A stretch of DNA of 64,000 nt, from assembly GCA_020631905.1 (NCBI GenBank), contig JACKGQ010000001.1, positions 293,854 through 357,853 on the forward strand, written 5' to 3'. Made by a program: the position numbers and the translations under genes. Below are positions 44,166-54,892 of this stretch, one piece after another; the stretch's first letter is position 1, and each line of letters begins with the position of its first letter. This stretch comes from Candidatus Nomurabacteria bacterium. GTDB taxonomy: Bacteria > Patescibacteriota > Saccharimonadia > Saccharimonadales > VXPC01. A model generated the notes under the pieces. The model made no database searches and was not told where the DNA came from. It was given only the letters and a program-made list of their open reading frames with translations.

Positions 44166-45650
44166 TCATAATATTGAATCACGCTGTCGGTATTGGAGGG
44201 CTTCGCCTATATGATTCTTGCTTATTTCTTCTGAATGCTCTAAATCTGCAATAGTTCTAGCTACTCTAACGATTCTTATGTAGGCTCGGCTAGAGAATTT
44301 TAGGCTATGTGCCGCTTGGTCTAAGAAATGCTTAGCCTCAGTCGAAAGTTGGCCAAACTTATTGAGCTGTTTTGCCGATAATAAGCAGTTTAGCTTACCG
44401 GAATTGCGATTTCGTTGAGACTCATGTGCACCTGCTACTATTTTCTTGTAATCAACGGTCTTCTGTTTTTGGGCCACGTTTTCGAGGAGCTTTTCCGGAT
44501 CGATAGCGTTTACTTGGATGTGCATATCTATTCTATCCATAATCGGGCCAGATAATCGTTTCTGATAGCGGATAATCTCATATGGGCTACAACTACAAGG
44601 CTTATCAGAGCCGTAGAAACCACAAGGGCAGGGGTTACTAGTCGCGATGAGCATAAAATCTGCGGGATAGGTTGTGCTAACGCGTGCACGACTAACGGTA
44701 ACTCGTTTATCTTCTAATGGCTGACGGAGTGCCTCGAGAGTCGATTTACTATATTCTGGAAGCTCGTCTAGCATCAGAATACCCAAATGAGCCAAACTTA
44801 TCTCTCCTGGCCGAGCATGACTCCCACCGCCAATAATTGATATATCGCTTGCTGTGTGATGAGGCGCTCGAAAGGGCGCCTGATCGATAATTGCATCACT
44901 CTCGTGTGTGGCAAGTGAGTGTATATGGGTGACCACCAATGACTCTTCTCTCGATAGATTTGGCAGGAGTTCGCTTGCGGCTTTCGCCAACATGGTCTTG
45001 CCAGTGCCTGGGGGACCATACATGTGCAAATTATGTCTACCAGCAGCTGCCACCAGCAAAGCTCTTTTTGCATGCGCCTGACCCACAATATCATCTAGTA
45101 GGTACTCTCTCTTAGGTGCATTTTTTGATGAGCTTGATCTGACTAATTGGATCTCTTCTCCTTGGATAATCGATACGAACTGCCTTAGGTTCTTTATGGG
45201 GTAAATCTTAATACCGGGTACCAGCGCAGCTTGTTCGGACATAACCTCAGGTACATAAACTGAGTCTACACCTTGACTACGAGCTTCGAGCAGTTTACCA
45301 ACTAGCCCGCGGACCGGTTTAAGAATTCCATCAAGCCCGAGCTCGCCGATATAGGCTGAGTTTCCAAGGCCTTTGGCCATATCTTTGCCAATGATCGCCG
45401 CAGCAATCGCAAAATCAAGACCACTATCATCTTTTGCTATATCTGCTGGTGCAAGGTTAATCAATATTTTCCGTCGCGGCAGCTCAAGTCCACTTGCAGA
45501 AAACGCTGCTCGGATTCTTTCTCTCGACTCATCAACCGAACGTGTCGCAAGCCCAACTATAGTGATACCAGGTAGGTTATTGGAAATATGGCATTCCACA
45601 TCAATCAGAACGCATTCATACCCTAAGCTAATTGCTCCACGTGACTTCAT
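44166..45650 (-). CDS. comM: YifB/ComM Mg-chelatase-like AAA+ ATPase
   Basis: N-terminal Lon-protease-like domain, GPPGTGKTMLA Walker A, ILMLDELPE Walker B, C-terminal ChlI_C-like region. Confidence 0.92.
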   Translation of the reverse strand: MKSRGAISLGYECVLIDVECHISNNLPGITIVGLATRSVDESRERIRAAFSASGLELPRRKILINLAPADIAKDDSGLDFAIAAAIIGKDMAKGLGNSAYIGELGLDGILKPVRGLVGKLLEARSQGVDSVYVPEVMSEQAALVPGIKIYPIKNLRQFVSIIQGEEIQLVRSSSSKNAPKREYLLDDIVGQAHAKRALLVAAAGRHNLHMYGPPGTGKTMLAKAASELLPNLSREESLVVTHIHSLATHESDAIIDQAPFRAPHHTASDISIIGGGSHARPGEISLAHLGILMLDELPEYSKSTLEALRQPLEDKRVTVSRARVSTTYPADFMLIATSNPCPCGFYGSDKPCSCSPYEIIRYQKRLSGPIMDRIDMHIQVNAIDPEKLLENVAQKQKTVDYKKIVAGAHESQRNRNSGKLNCLLSAKQLNKFGQLSTEAKHFLDQAAHSLKFSSRAYIRIVRVARTIADLEHSEEISKNHIGEALQYRQRDSIL

Positions 45651-45682
45651 CTACTAACAGTATAGACTATTTAGATATTTCC

Positions 45683-45802
45683 AAACAAAAAAGAAACAAC
45701 GGTCTGCGAGTAACCGTTGTTTACTGTAGTTCTTTTTGTTTTTGAGCACTTTTTTTATTCAAGTGCTGCGTCAATAATAGAAGTCTTATATTCTATTGTC
45801 AA
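45683..45802 (-). other. mini transcription unit (promoter, two hairpins, terminator), about 85-nt candidate sRNA upstream of comM
   Basis: On the minus strand: TTGACA (45802-45797), 17-nt spacer, TATTAT (45779-45774). Hairpins 45767-45745 and 45722-45694, followed by CTTTTTTG. Confidence 0.4.
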
Positions 45803-46279
45803 CAACATTCTTGTGGAAAATCGATATGACTTTCATAACTAAATTCATGCATGTAGAAAGCCATGATTCATATTTCAAGACGATCCGTAGATTCTCTTGC
45901 ACGGTATAGTTTTATAAAGCTGATTAATCCATACACTACTCAAAGCCGACTTAGACGAATTAGACACAGGTCTGTTCGTAGCATAGCCAAACAACACACG
46001 ATGCAACTTTTATTCGACACGCATTGATTTTAGTAATCAGGAGAGGGAATGTATCTAAGCTCTCTAGCCGAGTTAAGTTGGTGCATTTGGGCTATATAGT
46101 TTGTCTCTTGGCCATAAAAATAAGCACCTCATTTAACATATTCGCATACTAGCAATACGTCATAAGTAAACTTTTTATACATTCATAATTTTAACAAGCC
46201 ATAATTAAAGTTGTAACAAACACAACTAATATAATTTAAATTTTACAGATAGTAGTTGTACTAATAACTACAAATATGA

Positions 46280-46308
46280 TTGACATCAGAGGCTAAATTT
46301 GCTAGTAT
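46280..46308 (+). promoter_or_regulatory. sigma70-type promoter driving a 227-nt structured leader
   Basis: TTGACA (46280-46285), 17-nt spacer, TAGTAT (46303-46308). Confidence 0.6.
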
Positions 46309-46541
46309 TTTGGCATGGTTTTAAAACAAAAAGCCACAAATGAATATCAACCAACAGACCCTAAAACTTAGTGTCTGATAACGCTCCTATTTTTAGGAGC
46401 GGTCAGTCAAGCTCGGGTAGGTAAGCGCCACATAAGTCATTTATATTGGGCGGATTTACCACCGAGCTCTCTAGAAGCTTTTAGGCTTCACACAGAAACC
46501 CCTTAAGTGCGAGAAGGGGTTTCTGTGTTAGGCTTATACGC

Positions 46542-46904
46542 ATGAAAAATTATAAAGTCTCGACGAATTATCTAAACATCGCAGTATCCATCGGCTTAAT
46601 AATAGTTACTTTGATATTCTTTGCTTACGTATCGCCATTTTCCGAACAGGGTACCGTGATAAAAGAGAACATATTGATTGGTGCTAGTTTATTGATGTCT
46701 AGTTGTTTTACTATATCGTTAGTTTTTCTAAGGGGTATATTAAAACAAAAGCACCCCAGGCTCCTTGCTGGCATAATTGCTTACACAGTTGTTGAATTAT
46801 TGCTTCTGAGTTCCTTATCTTTGGTTAATCCATGGTCTATCTTATCTGCGGGCATCTTCAATACCCTAATATACTGGTATATATTGCGACGTTTTAATCC
46901 TTAG
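46542..46904 (+). CDS. small 4-TM membrane protein (120 aa)
   Basis: Four hydrophobic helices. First ORF after the structured leader. No SD seen. Confidence 0.55.
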   Translation: MKNYKVSTNYLNIAVSIGLIIVTLIFFAYVSPFSEQGTVIKENILIGASLLMSSCFTISLVFLRGILKQKHPRLLAGIIAYTVVELLLLSSLSLVNPWSILSAGIFNTLIYWYILRRFNP

Positions 46905-46930
46905 CTTTCTCATATATAATCTAGTTAAAC

Positions 46931-47320
46931 ATGAACGAAAATGCTCAAGGACAGTCTAATAACTTTGAATTACCCACACCGATCGATGGTGAGCGCGACT
47001 CTGTAAATCGCCCAAATATGCTAGAGGCTGCACCTACCTCCGTTCCCGTAGTGCCGGCTCTTCCTGTGACAGATCCGTCGCAGTATGCTCAACCAATATC
47101 ACCAGCCCATGCCCAGAACGATGGCATAGGCAATACAGGAGCTCAAGATGACTTGCAGGCAGGTGACTTTAGCGTGATTGAGAAAGCTTGGGTGCGTAAG
47201 GCTAAACAAATCATCGCTGGAACAGCCGAGGATCCGAAAAGACAGAAAGAGGAACTATCTACCTTTTCGGCAGAATATATCAAAAAACGATACGGTAAAG
47301 ATATAAAAGTAGATAACTAA
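46931..47320 (+). CDS. hypothetical soluble protein (129 aa), P/A-rich N-half
   Basis: The stop abuts the next ATG (TAAATG), indicating translational coupling with the ATPase gene. Confidence 0.6.
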   Translation: MNENAQGQSNNFELPTPIDGERDSVNRPNMLEAAPTSVPVVPALPVTDPSQYAQPISPAHAQNDGIGNTGAQDDLQAGDFSVIEKAWVRKAKQIIAGTAEDPKRQKEELSTFSAEYIKKRYGKDIKVDN

Positions 47321-50215
47321 ATGACTAAAGCATTAACCGCTCTACTGGTCTTAACTCCTATTCTATTCGGCCTAGTGTTATATGCTGTTCTGCACGCTCG
47401 GAAATTGATGCGTGAGGCTAAAGGATACGAGCGTGGTCTCAAAATGGTACCGTTACTCATACATCTCCCACCAGTTAGTGACGATATCGATTCTGGATCA
47501 CGCGACTCCAGAGATGTAGTAGACGAAAACGTTTCAAAAGCTCAAGTACTATACAACATTATCTCGACGACAGCCGTTAAACAGGGCTTTATGAATAATG
47601 TGTACGGTCAGAGGCATCTTGCCTTTGAGATAGTTGCTCAGAATGGTTTTGTGTATTTCTATGCTGCAGTTCCAGTAGCCTTAGTCTCGGTAGTTCAACA
47701 GGCAATAGTCAGCGCATATCCGTCCGCAAGAGTTGAGGAGACTTCAGATAAGAACATTTTCAACTCCGTAGGAAAAATAACCGGCACCATTGGTGGAGAA
47801 TTGGTGCTAAAAGAGAACTATGCTTACCCGATTGCCACCTATCAAGAGGTTAAGCGTGACTCGATGCAGTCGTTACTTAGCGCTATGGCTACACTAGAAA
47901 AAGAGGACGGGGCGGCTGTTCAGATACTGATCAGGCCGGCCAACAAGACGTGGACAAAGAATGCGATGTCGATTGCCAGCAAAAAACGTAAAGGAGAAGA
48001 CAAAAAGAAGTCTGCCGGAAGTCATATCGCCAGCTGGTCAAAACAAGCACTTATGGCACCAGTTAAGCCACCAGAAGAAAGTAAGGGCGGCTCATCCCCC
48101 GACAAGCCCAAAGAATTAAGCAGTGTTGATCAGGCGGTTATCGATGCTATAGAGTCGAAGACTCAATATCCTGGGTTCGAAGTACTTATCCGGGTAATCG
48201 TATCATCAAATGTGGCGCAGCGTGCACAAGCGATACATAGCAATATAGTTGCTTCATTTGCGCTGTTTGAAGCACCAGGTCGAAATGGTTTTAAGCATGT
48301 TGAGGCCAGAAACATCGAGAGTTTTGTAACTGCATATATTATGCGTTTCTTCCCACCAGAAAATAACAAAAACATTTTAAATGCTATTGAGCTGGCAACG
48401 CTGTTTCATTTTCCGAATCAAGACAATATTCCGACTTCGCAGCTCCAGAGACAGATATCAAAACAGGTCGATGGTCCTCGAAATATGCCTGACGACGGCC
48501 TGGTACTCGGCTATAACGTTTTTCGAGGCACAAAGAAGAAGATTGTGCTTACAAATGAAGATCGTATGCGACACGTATATATCGTCGGACAAACAGGTGT
48601 AGGTAAATCTGTACTACTAGAGAACATTGCTTTGCAAGATATGATCAACGGGAATGGATTCGCATTTGTTGATCCTCATGGTGACACAGCCGAGAAGCTA
48701 TTGTCGATGGTGCCAAAAGAGCGCACCGAAGACGTAGTTTATTTTAATCCAGCCGATATGGAATACCCACTCGGTTTGAATATGTTTGAATTTGACCACC
48801 CAGATCAAAAAGACTTTTTGGTACAAGAGGGTCTAAACATGCTCTACAAACTGTATGATCCAGAAAAACAGGGAATTATTGGACCGCGATACGAACACCT
48901 ATTCAGAAACGCTGCTCTGGCGGTAATGGCGGGACCGAATGGTGGAACCTTTATAGATATTCCGAAACTATTTAACGATCAAGAATTTTTAAACGATAAG
49001 CTTAAATATGTTACAGATCAGACCGTTTTAGATTTTTGGCAAAAAGAGATGCCTGATTCGAGGCGATCAAATGAATTCGGTGAAGTTAAAAGCTGGTTCG
49101 TAAGTAAGTTTAGCGCCTTCTTAGGTAATGAGATGATGCGCAATATTATTGGTCAGCCCAAGAGCTCGATAAACTTCCGAGACATCATGGACACTAAAAA
49201 AATTCTTATAGTAAACCTGAGTAAAGGAAAAACTGGTGAGCTTAACTCAAAGCTTCTGGGCATGATATTCGTAATTAAGTTCCAGATGGCAGCTATGAGT
49301 CGTGCGAATCTAGATCCCGAAGATAGGGTTGACTTCACCTTATATGTTGATGAGTTTCAGAATTTTGCTACCGACTCATTTGCATCAATATTATCTGAAG
49401 CTCGTAAGTTTCGCCTTAGCCTAATAGTAGCCAATCAGTTTACTACACAGCTAAATGATGAGGTCCGTGAAGCTATCTTTGGAAACGTTGGTTCGGCAAT
49501 ATCATTTCGACTCAGCGCCCAAGATGCCGAAAACATGGTTAGGCAGTTTTATAGTCCAATCTTTGAGATTGATGACTTAACTCGCTTGCCTGTGGGCAAT
49601 ACGGCGGTCAGGATGCTATTGAGTGGTGTACCGACTCAGCCATTCAGTATGGCGACTTTGCCACCACTTGGTCATCAGAACTCTGAGCTTAAAGATGCCC
49701 TAATTCAGCTTTCGGCTGCCAAGTTTGGGCGACCGCGCACAGTTGTAGATGCGGAAATAAAAAAGCGGCTAACACCTGCGCCAGCACCGCCATCGTTGGC
49801 TCAACCCGGTCTACCTGCCGCCGGCAACCAATCACTTGCGCAACCTAAACCATCAACTGGATCTGCGTTTCTTGATGACTGGCTAAACAAACGCAATCAA
49901 GGAGCACCGATGACTCAACCTCAGCCAAGGCCATTCAGCCCACCGCCTAGCATGCCTGCGACCCAGATACCACCCCAAACGCCCGCTTTGCCACCGACGC
50001 AACAATTCCCCATAAATACATCAAACACGCAGCCAGCAGCCTCTACGACCCCGCAGCCAGCCCCGTCGAGCATAAATAGACCCAATATGAATAATCGAAC
50101 TGCGCCAACTCAGCCACTTGCACCTGCAACTGAGCCAATTCAAAAAACCCAAACCGACTCGATTAGTAGTGATGGCAGCATTCACCTAGGTGATGATCAC
50201 GAGATAAAGATGTAG
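47321..50215 (+). CDS. membrane-anchored TraD/VirD4-like (HerA/FtsK-superfamily) P-loop ATPase with P/Q-rich tail (964 aa)
   Basis: N-terminal TM. Walker A GQTGVGKS, FVDPHGD, Walker B LYVDEFQNF, EARKFRLSLIVANQ. The C-terminal 170 aa or so is low-complexity P/Q/A. Confidence 0.8.
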   Translation: MTKALTALLVLTPILFGLVLYAVLHARKLMREAKGYERGLKMVPLLIHLPPVSDDIDSGSRDSRDVVDENVSKAQVLYNIISTTAVKQGFMNNVYGQRHLAFEIVAQNGFVYFYAAVPVALVSVVQQAIVSAYPSARVEETSDKNIFNSVGKITGTIGGELVLKENYAYPIATYQEVKRDSMQSLLSAMATLEKEDGAAVQILIRPANKTWTKNAMSIASKKRKGEDKKKSAGSHIASWSKQALMAPVKPPEESKGGSSPDKPKELSSVDQAVIDAIESKTQYPGFEVLIRVIVSSNVAQRAQAIHSNIVASFALFEAPGRNGFKHVEARNIESFVTAYIMRFFPPENNKNILNAIELATLFHFPNQDNIPTSQLQRQISKQVDGPRNMPDDGLVLGYNVFRGTKKKIVLTNEDRMRHVYIVGQTGVGKSVLLENIALQDMINGNGFAFVDPHGDTAEKLLSMVPKERTEDVVYFNPADMEYPLGLNMFEFDHPDQKDFLVQEGLNMLYKLYDPEKQGIIGPRYEHLFRNAALAVMAGPNGGTFIDIPKLFNDQEFLNDKLKYVTDQTVLDFWQKEMPDSRRSNEFGEVKSWFVSKFSAFLGNEMMRNIIGQPKSSINFRDIMDTKKILIVNLSKGKTGELNSKLLGMIFVIKFQMAAMSRANLDPEDRVDFTLYVDEFQNFATDSFASILSEARKFRLSLIVANQFTTQLNDEVREAIFGNVGSAISFRLSAQDAENMVRQFYSPIFEIDDLTRLPVGNTAVRMLLSGVPTQPFSMATLPPLGHQNSELKDALIQLSAAKFGRPRTVVDAEIKKRLTPAPAPPSLAQPGLPAAGNQSLAQPKPSTGSAFLDDWLNKRNQGAPMTQPQPRPFSPPPSMPATQIPPQTPALPPTQQFPINTSNTQPAASTTPQPAPSSINRPNMNNRTAPTQPLAPATEPIQKTQTDSISSDGSIHLGDDHEIKM

Positions 50216-50224
50216 TCTTTTTAG

Positions 50225-50782
50225 CTAATTTCTCGAGAGCTTAGAGTAAGTTTTAATAATAAGCTCGATCAGTAGACCGATTAAGTACCCGCCCGCAAAC
50301 AGAATGATAAACAGACTTAGTCCTACCGAAAAACCACTCCGCTTTGCATAATATAAAACGATAATACTCCCAACGAAAGCACTTACGCCGCCAGTTAAGA
50401 TTGCGGTCGGTCTGGCGATTGTTTTGGCCGCAGTCTCACTTGTTCGCTCGACCAGGGGACGGTGAATAATTTTACTCATACCACGGTCCAACTTATTGAG
50501 TTTGCGCTGTGTGCTACGAAGGATGTTGCGGTATGTATGACTACGTAAAGCCGAGTTTGACCATGTTGGGGTTGGCTCAGATGATTCTGCAGAATGGGAC
50601 ATGTGTTCTTGGCTACTCTCGGCCAGTCTTGCAACTTCTCCTGAAAGATTGGCGACAGTTTCTTGGCTAGCTGGTAAGCTATTTTCACTCTCGTGTGTTT
50701 TTGGATTGTCGGCTTCGTGCCTTTCGGGTGATTTATGTTGTTCGCCCCGACTCTCTGGGCTGATAGGTGCTTTTTCCGACAT
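50225..50782 (-). CDS. membrane protein (185 aa): disordered acidic/His-rich N-half, two C-terminal TM helices
   Basis: Begins 2 nt after the stop of the LPXTG gene, so an operon is likely. Confidence 0.6.
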   Translation of the reverse strand: MSEKAPISPESRGEQHKSPERHEADNPKTHESENSLPASQETVANLSGEVARLAESSQEHMSHSAESSEPTPTWSNSALRSHTYRNILRSTQRKLNKLDRGMSKIIHRPLVERTSETAAKTIARPTAILTGGVSAFVGSIIVLYYAKRSGFSVGLSLFIILFAGGYLIGLLIELIIKTYSKLSRN

Positions 50783-50784
50783 TA

Positions 50785-52797
50785 CTACATTCCTCCTGAT
50801 ATATACTCAGTTTTTATAATATCGAGTTCTTTTGCCATTAATCTCGTTCTGTAATAGAAGTAGCCGATTACCATAAAGCCAGCGACGCTTAACACGACAA
50901 CTGTACCTGGTCCGGTACGCGGCAGATTACCAACAACGTTTTCGATCTGTTTGTCGACAGATTTAGGCAACCTAACGCGGACTGTCGTTCCAAATTGATT
51001 ATCTATCAGATTGTCGTAGCTGAGCGGATCGGATGCGGCAACAGGAGTTGAAGGGATAGGGTTTTTAACTCGCACCTTGAACGTCTTGCTTACGGATTCA
51101 CCCGGCTCTATATCTACAGGATCCCAGGTAAGTGTTAAGGCGATGCTATCGTACGCGGCACCACCATTATCGGTAATATCGGCATACTCTAAGATATCGG
51201 CAATATCGTCTCTAAAAACTTCGTTGGGGGCAGTTGCAGTACCATCATTTGCAGCCGTTAATGTAAACGCTAGTTCGTCGCCTGCGTGAGCAGTTTGACC
51301 ATTAGCGTTAGCGCCCGTACTGGTAAAGATAACAGATTTTCTTCTAGTAAGTATTGGGCTTAATTCCTCTGGCTTCTCGATGTCGAACACGACTTTACAT
51401 GTTGAGCTCTCGCGTACCTCACCTTTTTTGGCACTAATCTGAGCAGAAACTTCATGCTCGCCTTCGCTAAATGAATAACTTAGTTCGTCGGTGATTGCGT
51501 TCGCGGTAGTCTTGTGAGTAGCGATTTTTGATCCATCCGAGTAGTAGCTGACTGAGTTGAGTTCGGCACCTGGTTCTGCGGAAATAACTACTTGGAACAC
51601 ACGCGTATCCCAACCCTTTACTTCAGTAATCTTCAGCTCAGTACAAGCAATGTAGGCGACCGGTTCTGGTGGTGGAGGAGGGCAATCTTCATCGTAATCT
51701 ATAAATGAATCATTGCATGGTTTTGTACAATCATCGATTCCACCAGGGGGTATTGGTTTGCCCGACACAGGACAGACTGGTTCTTTTATTGTTATGCAGC
51801 GCTCGGTACTCGAATTATCTGATTTTATGCTGGCGTGGTTGTTGGCATTAAGCGTGGCAGAGTTGCAGGCTTCGATCGGGCCACTTATATCTTTAATTTT
51901 GATCTTTAAGACAATATAAGAGTAATCGGTTGCAGGAGCTAAGTTGGCAAATGTCCAAGTTAAAGTTTGATTGCTTTGAGTAAAAGTAGGCTGAGTCCGG
52001 GCAACAACAGATTGTGATACAAATTCGAATTGAGTTGGCAGTGAGTCGGTAATTGTTACATTTTCGGCAACAGCTGAGCCAGTGTTCCGGAAGTAAATTT
52101 TATAATCTGCAGTATCACCAGGTTCGAGTTCGCCGGCAGTTAATTTCTCTTTCTTTATTTCTAGCTTTGGTTTACGGTCAAACTGAACAAAAGTAATATT
52201 GCCACAACCATCAGCTGAAGAAGTCCAGGTGTTATCGATTAGAACCCAAAATTGTCGACCCTTCAATAAGCCGTTACCAGTTGCGATGCCTGTGATTGCC
52301 TTGTAGGGGTTATAGGCACTTTTAATGTCCCAGACCGTCAATGGTCTTTCATAGAAACTCGTAATAGCTCCTGGTATGGCCACTCTAACATTTTCTGATT
52401 GTCTTTGAGTTGATAGTTCACGACCAGTAGTAATAAAGTTTTTATCGGTAGACTTTATGTTTGCAATTGTCCCATTATTTATGTCGCTCTGAGTAATCCC
52501 ATAATAACCAAATATATTTTGAATATCTGTTCGTCCGAAGTCGTCGCGGTTATTGCTGTATGCGGACTGGATCTTTTGCTTAGAGGTGCCACCGGCAACC
52601 ACATTACTCGCGTGAGCAGCCAAAGTAGTTTTTGGTGGTGAAACAATTGCCAACATCTGCACCAACATCGCCAATGCAACCATTACAAATCCGATTCTGC
52701 GTATTGACTCCTCTTGGTGCAATCGTTTTGCGTAATAGCCAATTTCTGGCAGCAAACTAGGATTGAGAGGCAAGCTCGACACCAGTTTCTTAAACAT
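50785..52797 (-). CDS. LPXTG-anchored surface protein with DUF11-type repeat domain (670 aa)
   Basis: N-terminal signal/anchor. DUF11-like TADYKIYFRNTGSAVAENVTITDSLP. CPPPPPEP linker. C-terminal LPRTG plus hydrophobic helix plus RTR. Confidence 0.8.
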   Translation of the reverse strand: MFKKLVSSLPLNPSLLPEIGYYAKRLHQEESIRRIGFVMVALAMLVQMLAIVSPPKTTLAAHASNVVAGGTSKQKIQSAYSNNRDDFGRTDIQNIFGYYGITQSDINNGTIANIKSTDKNFITTGRELSTQRQSENVRVAIPGAITSFYERPLTVWDIKSAYNPYKAITGIATGNGLLKGRQFWVLIDNTWTSSADGCGNITFVQFDRKPKLEIKKEKLTAGELEPGDTADYKIYFRNTGSAVAENVTITDSLPTQFEFVSQSVVARTQPTFTQSNQTLTWTFANLAPATDYSYIVLKIKIKDISGPIEACNSATLNANNHASIKSDNSSTERCITIKEPVCPVSGKPIPPGGIDDCTKPCNDSFIDYDEDCPPPPPEPVAYIACTELKITEVKGWDTRVFQVVISAEPGAELNSVSYYSDGSKIATHKTTANAITDELSYSFSEGEHEVSAQISAKKGEVRESSTCKVVFDIEKPEELSPILTRRKSVIFTSTGANANGQTAHAGDELAFTLTAANDGTATAPNEVFRDDIADILEYADITDNGGAAYDSIALTLTWDPVDIEPGESVSKTFKVRVKNPIPSTPVAASDPLSYDNLIDNQFGTTVRVRLPKSVDKQIENVVGNLPRTGPGTVVVLSVAGFMVIGYFYYRTRLMAKELDIIKTEYISGGM

Positions 52798-52911
52798 ATG
52801 TTTCCCCCGTAATTTTCATGCTTATTTAAGCACGCATAAGCGTTATTGACAAGCATTAGGCTTGATTGGATAGCCTTTCGTGACGTATAATCTGCTAAAG
52901 TCAAAAATTAA

Positions 52912-54891
<1,980 letters not shown>

Positions 54892-54892
54892 A

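Noticed and set aside
45651-46541. AT-rich ORF-free region as the chromosomal origin (oriC).
   Set aside because: Only degenerate DnaA-box-like 9-mers were seen, for example TGTGGAAAA at 45812-45820 (8/9) and TAATCCATA near 45925 (7/9). No dnaA or dnaN is nearby, and gene orientation in the window does not switch cleanly here. It cannot be excluded without a whole-contig GC-skew analysis.
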